A stretch of DNA of 64,000 nt from the IMG/VR virus record IMGVR_UViG_3300031759_000004, positions 62,001 through 126,000 of that record. One strand, written 5' to 3'. A model generated the notes under the pieces. The model saw only the letters and a list, made by a program, of their open reading frames with translations. It searched no databases and was not told the origin of the DNA. Positions 17,991 through 27,570 of the stretch are shown piece by piece; the first letter of the stretch is position 1, and each line of letters starts with the position of its first letter. The stretch is from an uncultured virus (IMG/VR IMGVR_UViG_3300031759_000004). Its lineage: Duplodnaviria; Heunggongvirae; Uroviricota; Caudoviricetes. The translations under genes and the position numbers were made by a program.

Positions 17991-19467
17991 TTGCTGGCAG
18001 GTAAAACTGACCCGGCACCACGTCTGTCGCGGCCCGCTCTGGGCCGACCCCAAGCTGCGACCACCCATCTTGGAAGAGATGATGGAAGACCTGGAGCGCG
18101 TGATCGCCTCCGTGGCCTGGCAGTACCGGGATGTGACCACCCCGTTCATGCACTACGACGAATTGATCGGCGAGGGCCGGTTGAAGCTCGCGGAGCTGAT
18201 CAGCAAGGGCGAGCTGGACCGCCAGGTCAGCCGCTACGACTTCTTCCGCTTCTTCACGGCCTGCGTGAGCAACATGGCCCGCAGCCGTCTACAGAAGTAC
18301 CGGTTCACGGAAAAGCGCACCGGCCAGAAGCCGCCGCCCCGGGACCAGCGTTTCGCCCCGGCACCAGGGGCTAAGCCCTTGAGTGTAGACGACGACAACG
18401 AGCATGAAGAGGAGGCCCCCGCTTACCACAAAAACGTCGAGCTGAGCCTGGACGATCCGGAGCTGAACGTCCAGGTGGCCAACGGCAGCGACCATGACCA
18501 GCAGGAAGCCCGCGAGGTCGAGGCGGAGTATGAGTCGCTGTTGACGGAGACGGAAATCCTGGTGTTCCGGCAGCTCCACCGGCCCAACGCCAAAGCCTGC
18601 TGCCTGGCCCAGCTGGACGCCTGGCGTAAACGGGAGGACCAGGGCTTCAACATCAAGCTCAAGAACGAGCATCTGGCCGAGGGGTTGGGCATGGATGTCA
18701 AGGACTTCGCCAAATACGTTCTAACAGTCAGGCAGAAAATCACCGCCTACCGCAACATGAGCAACGAACAACTAGATGAACAAAGCCGCCGGAACGTCCT
18801 GATCGCCACCTTGAGCCAGCTGTTTGGCATCCAGATTCCCGCCAATCTGCACGACGACATGGTGGTCCGGCGATTGTTTACGATGGCGGCGCGCAATCAA
18901 TTTGACGAGAAGGTCAAGGGCAAGCCCGAGGTGGAGGAGATGCTGATCGAGATCGGGGCCAAGCCGCCCCGGATGATCGGCAACATCATGTCCTGCTACG
19001 GCATCCTGTACTCCCGCAACTGCCGCAAATGCAACATGTGCGACATGCGGGACAGCTGCCGGATCGAAGCGGCCAACCTGGGCCTGACCACTATGGCCAT
19101 CAGCCCGCGCCTGCTGGGCCGCAACCAGGAGCGCATCCCGGCCTGCCTGCCGCACCCGGCGGACAAGGAGTTCCGGGTTTCCAGCAGCGACGAGCAGGAA
19201 ATCATCGCCTACCTGGATGACAGCTTTTCCCGCCGTGTGGAAGACGAAACCATTGTCTACTACGGCGAGGACTCGTCCAACAACCGGCACCGGGTCCTGT
19301 TCACGGTAGACAACACCAGCCCCATGCGCCTGCGGTTCAGCGCGCCCAGCGACAAGCTCAAGACCCGGCTGGTCAGCAAGCAGAAGGCGTGGCAGCCCCG
19401 GGATTGCGCCTCGCTCGCGGAAATCTTCGCCCTGATCGAACAACACGCCAAAGAGGCGCTCAGCTAA
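17950..19467 (+). CDS. Second sigma-factor-like protein with Cys4-5 cluster (start uncertain)
   Basis: 'DELIGEGRLKL...FFRFFTACVSNMARS', 'ELSLDD', 'LLTETEILVF...HLAEGLGM' (regions 2 and 4); 'SCYG...CRKCNMCDMRDSC'. Confidence 0.55.
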   Translation: MANMAFSTKIPDSDCWQVKLTRHHVCRGPLWADPKLRPPILEEMMEDLERVIASVAWQYRDVTTPFMHYDELIGEGRLKLAELISKGELDRQVSRYDFFRFFTACVSNMARSRLQKYRFTEKRTGQKPPPRDQRFAPAPGAKPLSVDDDNEHEEEAPAYHKNVELSLDDPELNVQVANGSDHDQQEAREVEAEYESLLTETEILVFRQLHRPNAKACCLAQLDAWRKREDQGFNIKLKNEHLAEGLGMDVKDFAKYVLTVRQKITAYRNMSNEQLDEQSRRNVLIATLSQLFGIQIPANLHDDMVVRRLFTMAARNQFDEKVKGKPEVEEMLIEIGAKPPRMIGNIMSCYGILYSRNCRKCNMCDMRDSCRIEAANLGLTTMAISPRLLGRNQERIPACLPHPADKEFRVSSSDEQEIIAYLDDSFSRRVEDETIVYYGEDSSNNRHRVLFTVDNTSPMRLRFSAPSDKLKTRLVSKQKAWQPRDCASLAEIFALIEQHAKEALS

Positions 19468-19468
19468 C

Positions 19469-19795
19469 ATGCCTGCCATTCCCGCTCCCGAAAAGCCGAT
19501 GTCGCGCTTCGAGGCCCAGCGCAAGCTGGGTCTGTTTGCGCCCTTGGACTTCACCATGGCCGCCCTCATTCTGTTCAGCTGGATGACGCTGGGCTTCTGG
19601 AAGCTGTTCGGCGCGCCGACGGCCAACGAGCTGATCGCCTTTGCCATCGTGAACGTGGTGGTGACCCAGCTGTGGATCGTGGTGCTGTGCTACCGGGTGC
19701 TCGTGTTCGTGCTGGACCTGGGCGCGGACGTCAATCTGATGCCAGAGTCCGCCGCGCGCATCGTGGTGGGCTACTGGGAGGGCCGGAACAAGTGA
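19469..19795 (+). CDS. Small membrane protein (2 predicted TM helices)
   Basis: Two long hydrophobic segments. Confidence 0.65.
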   Translation: MPAIPAPEKPMSRFEAQRKLGLFAPLDFTMAALILFSWMTLGFWKLFGAPTANELIAFAIVNVVVTQLWIVVLCYRVLVFVLDLGADVNLMPESAARIVVGYWEGRNK

Positions 19796-20079
19796 ATTAC
19801 AACCGCAACCAGCTGGCCGTAGACTTGAACAAGCGCCTGGACCTGCCGGTCTCCCGCGCCCTGGGAATTGTAGACACCATCCTGGACTGCGTCACCGAGG
19901 CGCTGGGCAAGGGCCGCCGGGTGGAGTTCCGCAACTTCGGCGTGCTGGAGGTGGTCACCCGCAAGCCCAAGGTGGGCCGCAACCCCAAGCGCCCACACGC
20001 CGCCCAATACCACATCCCGGCCCGCCAGGCGGTCCGCTTTCGCATGGGCAAGGTGCTGACCTCCCGGCTTAACAACTGA
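19792..20079 (+). CDS. HU/IHF-family DNA-binding protein
   Basis: GTG 19792; 'VEFRNFGVLEVVTRKPKVGRNP...IPARQAVRFRMGK'. Confidence 0.92.
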   Translation: MNYNRNQLAVDLNKRLDLPVSRALGIVDTILDCVTEALGKGRRVEFRNFGVLEVVTRKPKVGRNPKRPHAAQYHIPARQAVRFRMGKVLTSRLNN

Positions 20080-20084
20080 AGCGT

Positions 20085-20321
20085 ATGGAAACCAAAGTCA
20101 TGCCCCTGCCCCGGGTCAAAGCCACCGCCCGCATCCAGCTGACCGTGGAGATCAAAGCCACGTCGCCCTGGGGCCACGACTGCCTGATCGGCCAGCTGTA
20201 CGACCAGGCGGCCAAAGAGGCGGTGGAAACGCTGACGTGCCTGTTCCGGGCCAACGCTGCCGCCGCTAAAATCGTCGGCGAGCCAAAAGTCATCGGCGTG
20301 CTCACGGAATCTGAATCATGA
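20085..20321 (+). CDS. Small hypothetical protein
   Basis: Operon-like spacing, ATGA overlap with next gene. Confidence 0.6.
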   Translation: METKVMPLPRVKATARIQLTVEIKATSPWGHDCLIGQLYDQAAKEAVETLTCLFRANAAAAKIVGEPKVIGVLTESES

Positions 20322-21247
20322 AATCTTTCATCGGCATCCTCACCTTCCGGCGGCTGGCGGCGCTCCAGGCCATGATGGCCGGAATTGAAGAGCACTGCTC
20401 CCAGTACCAGTGCGCCATCGCTGAAGACTGCGGCCAGCGGGACAGCACGTCGAGCTTCCTGAAAGCGGGCCGCACGACAGAGTACGCCTACCGGCGCGAT
20501 CTCATGGCCACGGAATACGTAGACAGCGGCGACCCGGCGGCGGTCTATCCCAACGCCCGGGTGCTCCTGGGCGAACGCAACCTGGGGGTGGCAGGCAACA
20601 GCAACCGGCTGATCAAAATGTTCATGGACTCGGGCTGCGACCACCTGTGCCTGTGTAACGACGACCTGCTGGTCACCGGTGATTTCGTCCGCGCGTACGC
20701 CCAGGCGCACGATGACCTGGGCGTGGGCCTGTTCTGTTTCTGCGACTTCGACAAGGCCAGCCCGGCCATCTCCGGCAACCCGGAGAGCTACAAGTGGGTC
20801 ACGTACCCCTGGCGCGGGTACAAGGTCAAGATGCTGCCGCGCATGACCGGAATCATGATGTCCATGACCCGGGCGGTGATTGAAAAGATCGGTTACTTCG
20901 ACACTGAGTTTGGGAAATTCGGCGAGGAGCACTGCGACTTCAACATCCGGGCGCGCCTGGCTGGTTTCATCCAGATGGAAAAGCAGGACATGAACTGCCT
21001 GGACATCGAACATGGTCTGCTCCAGCACCAGGATGTCCCCACCAGCTTTGCCGGGGTTCCGCGCAAGCAGGCCGACCTGGTTGCCTCCCAGGCCATGAAC
21101 CGGGCCACGCGTGAGTATAGCTACCGTCACTACTACCGTCCGTTCAAGCTGATCTATCCCCCGTGGTCGGGCGGCTACATGAACGCAGGCAGCTCCACCC
21201 GTCAACTTGAGCAGGTCGGTTATCGGATTCTCACTGACCTGGTGTAG
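20318..21247 (+). CDS. GT2-family glycosyltransferase
   Basis: 'IGILTFRR', 'IAEDCG', 'NLGVAGNSN', 'LCNDD', 'KIGYFDTEFGKFGEEHCDF'. Confidence 0.85.
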   Translation: MKSFIGILTFRRLAALQAMMAGIEEHCSQYQCAIAEDCGQRDSTSSFLKAGRTTEYAYRRDLMATEYVDSGDPAAVYPNARVLLGERNLGVAGNSNRLIKMFMDSGCDHLCLCNDDLLVTGDFVRAYAQAHDDLGVGLFCFCDFDKASPAISGNPESYKWVTYPWRGYKVKMLPRMTGIMMSMTRAVIEKIGYFDTEFGKFGEEHCDFNIRARLAGFIQMEKQDMNCLDIEHGLLQHQDVPTSFAGVPRKQADLVASQAMNRATREYSYRHYYRPFKLIYPPWSGGYMNAGSSTRQLEQVGYRILTDLV

Positions 21248-21258
21248 TTAGCCCAGGT

Positions 21259-21696
21259 ATGAGCTACAACCCATTTTTGCGCCGCCTGCTGGGCGAGTCG
21301 GACGATGAAATCGCGCCGCCCGAGGTAGACGACGCGGCTCAGAGCCAGGCGCAAGCAGGTCCGGAGCCAGCCCAGATTGATCCGGAGCCAACCGAGATGG
21401 ATGCGCCGCCAGCTCAATCCAGCACCGTGCCGGTTCAGGAGCTGGCCCGCATGTGGCAATCCGGCCAGAAGATGGACGTGGCCACCCAGCTGATGTTTAC
21501 ACCCGCCAGCTACGTTGATTTTGTCAACCTGTGCTTTGTGATCGGCCAGGGCGCAGGGCGCGAGCTTGGCCAGCTGCTGGACGAGCTGGCGGATTCGGAG
21601 AACATTCCCGTGCCGGAGCCGTCGTCCGATTATTCCCAGATTTTGCAGCGGGTGGTCGCCAACCGTGACAAAGGCACAATGGAGCCGGTTTCGTGA
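21259..21696 (+). CDS. Acidic hypothetical protein, N-terminal 'FLRRLLGES' motif
   Basis: GTAGTTA at 21244. Confidence 0.7.
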   Translation: MSYNPFLRRLLGESDDEIAPPEVDDAAQSQAQAGPEPAQIDPEPTEMDAPPAQSSTVPVQELARMWQSGQKMDVATQLMFTPASYVDFVNLCFVIGQGAGRELGQLLDELADSENIPVPEPSSDYSQILQRVVANRDKGTMEPVS

Positions 21697-21908
21697 ATGC
21701 ACTGATTGCACAGGTACTGGGCGAAGACAGCGAAACCTCCGGCAGCCCGGAAGAGCGCCGGGAGGTGGAGCTGGCCAACGCCATTGTGGCCGCCGCCAAG
21801 CGCGGCGACCGCGACCAGATCATCGCCCTGGCCAGCGAACTGATCCGGATGCACGATCCGGCCACGGCGGCCTCCTACGACCGGGAAATGTCAAAATTAC
21901 GCGTATGA
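21693..21908 (+). CDS. Small hypothetical protein, 'LIAQVLGED' motif
   Basis: GTGA overlap on both sides. Confidence 0.65.
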   Translation: MNALIAQVLGEDSETSGSPEERREVELANAIVAAAKRGDRDQIIALASELIRMHDPATAASYDREMSKLRV

Positions 21909-22510
21909 ATCCAATGTTGAAACGTGTGCTTGGCGAAGAGCGCGGCACCAAAGGGGTAATTCCTGACGACGCCGAAGAGCACGACATGACCCAGGAAGTG
22001 GTAGGCAAACCGCTGGCTCCGCTGACCCGGGTGGTCCAGGAACCCAGCAAGCCGACCGGCGAAAAGGAGAAGTACCTGACGCCGTACTCGGCGCTGACCG
22101 CCCCGGACTGCACGCCCGACTCACAGCAGCCCATCGACCCCTCCAAAGTGCCAGGCAGCGGCAGCCCGCAGAAGTTTACCGTGGCTGACCTGGAGAACGC
22201 CCCGGAGCTGCCCCAGAACGGCATGGGCCAGAGCGATCCAGCCATGCGCGCCATGGATGTGCTTTTGGGCCACCGGCGCACTGGAGCGCCTGCGCGCAAC
22301 GGCCAGGAGATGGCCGCCGCCGGAGCCGTGTCCACCGAGGAGGCTGAGGCCATGGTGCAGAATATGACGGTCTTGACTGAAGACGCGCCCCAGGCGCAGG
22401 GCCACGCCGCCATGGCGTTGCTATCGGCCAAGGACGGCGGCACGATGCCGGAGCCGACCAGCAATTTTAATCCCACCAACGCCTACGAGGCCCTGCGGAG
22501 GTTCATGTGA
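21905..22510 (+). CDS. Hypothetical protein, 'MLKRVLGEE' motif
   Basis: True start ATG 21905 inside track ORF 21566..22510. Confidence 0.65.
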   Translation: MNPMLKRVLGEERGTKGVIPDDAEEHDMTQEVVGKPLAPLTRVVQEPSKPTGEKEKYLTPYSALTAPDCTPDSQQPIDPSKVPGSGSPQKFTVADLENAPELPQNGMGQSDPAMRAMDVLLGHRRTGAPARNGQEMAAAGAVSTEEAEAMVQNMTVLTEDAPQAQGHAAMALLSAKDGGTMPEPTSNFNPTNAYEALRRFM

Positions 22511-22989
22511 GCCAGGACGCCGACACGTTCTGGGGCCGGTGCTCGGTGATGACCGAAGCTGAGATCGCGGCCAGTCCTTTGGTTTACCACTCCCACAGCC
22601 AGCCGCACTGGCGTGACGACAACACCTGCTCCCACTGCGGCGGCATGAAGCCATCCATCGCCCTGGAGGCCATCAAAAACGGTGCGACGGTGGTGCCGAC
22701 CGACAAGAATTACAAAATCTACCTGGAGCCGGTGGCGGGCCAGCACCTGCCCAGCAGCCCGGCCAACAAGTGCTACCTGAACCATTTCAGCGAAGCCCAG
22801 GCCGTCGAATTCGTGCTCCTGAATGAGCAGGGCAAGATGAAGCTCGCGACGCCAGGCCGATTTTACAGCGGGCTGTGCTTCGGTATCTACAAAGACGCCA
22901 TAACCAAGGCACTGCATGAACACAACGCTACGAAGAGTCCTGGGGGAGAGCCAGCAAAGCCAGCCGACCCAGTCCCTGGAAGTAATTGA
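22507..22989 (+). CDS. Hypothetical protein with CSHCGG motif
   Basis: Coupled to upstream gene. Confidence 0.6.
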   Translation: MSQDADTFWGRCSVMTEAEIAASPLVYHSHSQPHWRDDNTCSHCGGMKPSIALEAIKNGATVVPTDKNYKIYLEPVAGQHLPSSPANKCYLNHFSEAQAVEFVLLNEQGKMKLATPGRFYSGLCFGIYKDAITKALHEHNATKSPGGEPAKPADPVPGSN

Positions 22990-23212
22990 GGCCACGCGCG
23001 CAGAGACGTATCACGTCTGTCCGCACTGCCAGCAGGAAATTCACGAGAAGCACGTCTTTTTCCAGGGCGAGAGCATGGATCAGGCGTACCATTCCGACTG
23101 CAAAGGCCCGATCATCTGGCCGCCCAAGACCATCCGGGCCGCGCACGAAAAGTTCCGGCAGGCGGCCCGGGACCCGAACCACCCCTGGCACGACATTTTC
23201 GGCAAAGGATGA
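22916..23212 (+). CDS. Small Zn-finger protein, 'TLRRVLGES' motif
   Basis: 'CPHC...H..C'; shares N-terminal motif with neighbours. Confidence 0.6.
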   Translation: MNTTLRRVLGESQQSQPTQSLEVIEATRAETYHVCPHCQQEIHEKHVFFQGESMDQAYHSDCKGPIIWPPKTIRAAHEKFRQAARDPNHPWHDIFGKG

Positions 23213-23949
23213 ACGCCGCCCAGTTAGCCTTCAGCCTGTTGGAAACCGACGGCGAGTGGACGCCCGAGGGCTACACCCTGGTGGCCGCCGCCGACGTCGG
23301 GGACTACAACATGAAGCTCTGGCAGGGCAAAAAGCACATCAAGGGCGAGGAGGTCAAGTTCAACGAAATTTCGCTCAACCGGCGCGGCCTGTCGTTCGAC
23401 CCGGACAGCCAGCAGAAGCGCCAGGTGGGCGGACATCACGCGTTGGGCCACCGGCACGAGTTTCTGGACCTGGTGCGCAGCTGGATTTCCAAGTACGGCA
23501 CTCTCCTGGTCGGCAGCTACAACCAGGACAAGCTGAGCTTTTATCACCGGCTGCTGCGGCGCTACCTGCCCCGCGTACACGTGAGCGATCCATTTCCGCC
23601 GTTCGACGAATCAGAGGGTGTGGCCGACTACTTCACCATCGGCGACGCCAGGAACATCCGGCCCATGGGCGAGTCCGCTGAAAACGTAGACCCGCAGCGG
23701 TACATTGACGAATTGCCGTCTACTTTGGACCGGATGAAAGAGGCGGCTCTGGAGCGCTACAAGGAGTGCCTGCCGGGCATAAATCGGGATAATTTTTGCG
23801 ACTGGGCGGATGAAATTGCGCTCGCTATTGTATACGAGTTCATGCAACCAGATCAGCTTGAGCTGGTTGACAGTCGTGAATCGTTCAACTTAGCCTTCCA
23901 AGACCTGTCCGCCTACCTGGTAAAATATGCAGATTCCACCCTCCCCTGA
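23209..23949 (+). CDS. Hypothetical protein, 'QLAFSLLET' motif
   Basis: ATGA overlap; 246 aa. Confidence 0.7.
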   Translation: MNAAQLAFSLLETDGEWTPEGYTLVAAADVGDYNMKLWQGKKHIKGEEVKFNEISLNRRGLSFDPDSQQKRQVGGHHALGHRHEFLDLVRSWISKYGTLLVGSYNQDKLSFYHRLLRRYLPRVHVSDPFPPFDESEGVADYFTIGDARNIRPMGESAENVDPQRYIDELPSTLDRMKEAALERYKECLPGINRDNFCDWADEIALAIVYEFMQPDQLELVDSRESFNLAFQDLSAYLVKYADSTLP

Positions 23950-24196
23950 ACCCCTGCACGTGATCATCACCCGGGAGATGTTCAGCACCTTTTGCACGCT
24001 GACCACTCCGGTGGACGGTTTCAGCGAAGAGCTTGAAATTGAGGAGGTTCGTGAGTGGTTCAAGCAGCGCGGCGCGAACATGGACGCCATCGAGGAAGCC
24101 TTGACCATGGCCTGGAATTTTCTGAAGGCAGAGGTGCTAATTGAGAGGCCGCGACTGCCCAAAGCGCCGGTGCTGCCTTATTCTCCCAACATTTGA
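23927..24196 (+). CDS. Small hypothetical protein
   Basis: 89 aa, normal codon usage. Confidence 0.6.
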   Translation: MQIPPSPEPLHVIITREMFSTFCTLTTPVDGFSEELEIEEVREWFKQRGANMDAIEEALTMAWNFLKAEVLIERPRLPKAPVLPYSPNI

Positions 24197-24300
24197 TGTA
24201 GTTTCAATCGTCTTAGCGGCGTTTTCGCGTTTCGTTTACTTTCGGCGGCGGTTCCTCGTGGTTATAGGCGGACCCTTTAATCAGCGCGTCCGCCGCATAC

Positions 24301-25977
24301 ATGAGACAATACTTAGCCGAAGGCATTGCCGGAGCCTATACGTTCATCGTAGACCGGTCCAAACCTCCCGTTATCGAGAGCCGTCCCAACGGCGGAAGTG
24401 TTGCTCGCATACCGGGTCGCTTCAGCGTCTGTGACTGCGTCAACGGCAACAACCGGCGCTACAGCAAGCGCGTCTGGGAAAAGAATCTCACGCCCGGATC
24501 GCCGCTCCAGGAAGCCATCAAGCGCAACGCCGCCTTCGGCCTGCTGGAACATCCCAAGGACGGCCTGGTGACGCTGCAATCCCCGATTTCCCACCAGGTG
24601 GTCAGCGCGCAGATGGTGGAGTCCAAGGACGCGGACGGGAAAGTCATTCACGAGGTCATGGGCGAGATTGCGCTGTATAATCCCACGCTCATACCTGAGT
24701 CCGGCAAGCTGATGGGATTGATTGAAGGCGGCTACAATCCACTGGTGTCCAGCCGAGGCTACGGCTCCCTGAAGCGCGGAGCGGACGGCGTGGACAACGT
24801 GGAGGAGGACTACGTGTGTGAAAGCTGGGACGTGGTCATCAAGCCGAGTTTTGAATCCGCCGAACTGACCCCGCAGCGCCCCGCCCTCAGCACCTCGACC
24901 CCGCAGTTCGCCGCCCCTGTTTCCCCCAACCCCACCGCAGAATCTCTCCAACCGGCCAAAACGGCCCCAGTCCTCGAAGCCGAGACTGCCAAAAATTTGA
25001 AGGAATCGTCGCCTTCATCTGGTTCAAGCAGTAGCCCTGCAACAGCCAGCAACAAACACACCACAAAAAATATGGAAATCAACGAAATCAAGACGCGGGT
25101 GACCGCGCTCCGAGGTTTGGAACCCACCAAGCTGAGCAGATTCGCCGAGTCCATGGGCCAAATCGAGGACTTGCACCAGCAGGTCTGCGAATGGGCTGCT
25201 GCCGATCCGAAACGCTCCTGGGAAGCCCAGAAGCTGCACAAGGAACTCGACAGTCTGTCCGAGACCTGGACCCAATCGGCCCGCCTTCCCATCAAGGAGG
25301 CCAAACGCCTGACCGAACAGAACGGCAAGCTGATGCGCGTCATCAACGCCACCGCTCAAACGGCGGTCACGTACAAGAAAAAGCTGGGCGAAGCCATCAA
25401 AGGCAAGCGCAGCGGCCAGAAGATGGTCGAAGAATTGACCCGGCGCGGTCAGGGCTGGCAACGCCTGGCGGAAAGCCGCAAGGCCAAGTTCCTGGCGCTG
25501 GAGCACGACTTCGACACCTCCTGCGAGGCCCTGGACCTGATGGCCCAGCGCTATCACGAAGACGTCACGGAACTCGGTCGCCGGGTGATCGTCCTGGAAT
25601 TCAAGGACAAGGCGCAGACGCCGGAAATCCAGAAGGCGCTCAAAGAGGCCACTCGTCTCCGTCACATCGCGGTCATCCGGGAAAAACTGGAAGGCCCCAA
25701 GAAAGATTCGGTCCAAGAAGCTGACGCGCTGAAACAGCCCAAAGAGGGCGAAGTGCCGTCCAAAGAAGGCATCAAGGACGAAAAGGTGAAGGGCGCTGGC
25801 AGCCCTGAATCCGGGAAAGTGGCCGCCGAACCGGGCAAGGTGAAAACCGAGTCCAACGACGCCAAGCCCGCTGCTCCGGCGATTACCGAAGCCCGTGTGC
25901 TTACCCAGAGTCGCGACATTCGCGACCTGAGCGAGTCCATCGGCCTGGTGCAACGCTTGAGCGGTTCAGTCAAGTAA
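24301..25977 (+). CDS. gp21: Prohead core protease (gp21-like) fused in frame to coiled-coil scaffold (gp22-like)
   Basis: 'NGNNRRYS', 'GLLEHP', 'ISH', 'VSSRGYGS', 'WDVVIKPSFESA'; C-half coiled coil; directly upstream of capsid gene. Confidence 0.88.
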   Translation: MRQYLAEGIAGAYTFIVDRSKPPVIESRPNGGSVARIPGRFSVCDCVNGNNRRYSKRVWEKNLTPGSPLQEAIKRNAAFGLLEHPKDGLVTLQSPISHQVVSAQMVESKDADGKVIHEVMGEIALYNPTLIPESGKLMGLIEGGYNPLVSSRGYGSLKRGADGVDNVEEDYVCESWDVVIKPSFESAELTPQRPALSTSTPQFAAPVSPNPTAESLQPAKTAPVLEAETAKNLKESSPSSGSSSSPATASNKHTTKNMEINEIKTRVTALRGLEPTKLSRFAESMGQIEDLHQQVCEWAAADPKRSWEAQKLHKELDSLSETWTQSARLPIKEAKRLTEQNGKLMRVINATAQTAVTYKKKLGEAIKGKRSGQKMVEELTRRGQGWQRLAESRKAKFLALEHDFDTSCEALDLMAQRYHEDVTELGRRVIVLEFKDKAQTPEIQKALKEATRLRHIAVIREKLEGPKKDSVQEADALKQPKEGEVPSKEGIKDEKVKGAGSPESGKVAAEPGKVKTESNDAKPAAPAITEARVLTQSRDIRDLSESIGLVQRLSGSVK

Positions 25978-26017
25978 ACGCCATCAACCAACACAACAAA
26001 CTAAGAAATAAATACTT

Positions 26018-27487
26018 ATGGTTATTCTAACTGAAAGTGGAAGACCGGTATTGGCATCTGATGGCGGGCACATTTCCCGCTTCATGGATGTCCTTGAGTG
26101 GGGCTACCGCCTGGCGGAAACGCCGGTCGGGGTCAGCCGCGACAAAAATCCCCGAGGTCTTTGGGAAGCCAAAGGCTGGAAGGAATTCGTCGACCACATG
26201 CCGGAGCACAAGAAACCGCTGGCGGCGATCATGCTCGAAAACTGCCGCAGCCGTTTTGGCCGTCTGGACGAAGTCACTCGTACGACCTCCCTCGGGACGT
26301 TCGACAAGTGGATTTTCCCCATCATCGCCAACATGTCGGAAAACGACGTGATTGATCAACTGGTGGCCCTCCAGCCCATGGCTGGCCCGGTCAGCCAGAT
26401 CGTGTACATGGACATCGTCACCGGTCGGCGCAAAGGCCGCACCCCGGCAGGCGCACCCGTCTGGCGCGCGCTGCAAGGCGCGGTGGACCGCGACGATGAC
26501 GCTGATGAAGTCGTCCAGGACGAAACCGGCACCACGAATGGTTCCGGCGTGTTCGTGCTGGAATGGACTCCGATCCGCACCGGGACGATTTCCGGTTCCT
26601 TCGGTGACGGCACCCAGTTCGCGGACGACGGCAACGGCCAGATCGTCAACGTGGCCACGGGCGCGTATATCGGCGTGGTGACCTATCAAGGTTCCGGCGC
26701 GGGTACGATCACCGTCAGCGCGGAAACGGCTGCCAGCTACACTGTGAGCTACGCGTTCAACTCGGAAGGCAACCTGGCGATCCAGGACTACGAGATGAAG
26801 CTCTCCAGCACCCCCGTCACCGCCAAGGTGATGAAGCTGAAGACGCTCTGGTCCGAGGAAGCCGACCAGAACCTCCAGGCCATGTACAACATCAAGGCGG
26901 AGAGCGTCCTGCTCAACGCGTTGACCAACGCCCTGCAATACCAGAAGCACCGCCAGGTCATCTTTGACTTGCGGGCCAAGGCGGATGCCGGGTTCGTGGT
27001 CTGGGACGCTATCGCTCCGGCGAACGTCAATTACCAGACGCACAAGTTCTCCATCATCGACGCGTTCGAGACTGCCTCGAACTTCATCTTCGGTTCCACG
27101 AACATGGTCGCCGGTAACTGGATGCTCTTGGGCCTCCAAGCCGCTACCGTGGTGGCCACGCTGCCGCAGTTCGTGCCGAAGAACAACCGGGTCCAGATGC
27201 AGGGCATCACGTACCTGGGCGACATCGGCAACAAGAAAGTGTTCGCCGATCCCCACTATCCGGTGAACGAGTTCCTGGTCGGCCACAAGGGCGATCAGTT
27301 CCTCACGACCGGCTACGTGTTGGCCGAGTACCAGAAGCTGTACACCACCCCTGACGTGGTGCTGCCTGACTTCATCCATCAACGGGGTTTTGCCACGAGC
27401 TTCGCGCGCAAAATGATCAACTCGAAGATGTTTGCACGCGGCCTCGTGCAGAATAGTCCAAGCGCTTTTGGCCAGACTATCGGTTAA
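26018..27487 (+). CDS. gp23: Major capsid protein, T4 gp23 family
   Basis: 'AIMLEN', 'VALQPMAGPVSQIVY', 'VTAKVMKLKTLWSEEADQNLQAMYNIKAES', 'VGHKG', 'GYVLAEY'. Confidence 0.93.
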   Translation: MVILTESGRPVLASDGGHISRFMDVLEWGYRLAETPVGVSRDKNPRGLWEAKGWKEFVDHMPEHKKPLAAIMLENCRSRFGRLDEVTRTTSLGTFDKWIFPIIANMSENDVIDQLVALQPMAGPVSQIVYMDIVTGRRKGRTPAGAPVWRALQGAVDRDDDADEVVQDETGTTNGSGVFVLEWTPIRTGTISGSFGDGTQFADDGNGQIVNVATGAYIGVVTYQGSGAGTITVSAETAASYTVSYAFNSEGNLAIQDYEMKLSSTPVTAKVMKLKTLWSEEADQNLQAMYNIKAESVLLNALTNALQYQKHRQVIFDLRAKADAGFVVWDAIAPANVNYQTHKFSIIDAFETASNFIFGSTNMVAGNWMLLGLQAATVVATLPQFVPKNNRVQMQGITYLGDIGNKKVFADPHYPVNEFLVGHKGDQFLTTGYVLAEYQKLYTTPDVVLPDFIHQRGFATSFARKMINSKMFARGLVQNSPSAFGQTIG

Positions 27488-27509
27488 GCCTAGCCGCTTA
27501 AGTCTTCAC

Positions 27510-27540
27510 AAACCCACGGGAAACCGTGGGTTTTTTATTT
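27510..27540 (+). terminator. Rho-independent terminator after capsid gene
   Basis: AAACCCACGG-GAAA-CCGTGGGTTT followed by T-run. Confidence 0.9.
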
Positions 27541-27570
27541 GTTGCGTTTGACTGCATGATACATTAGTGT

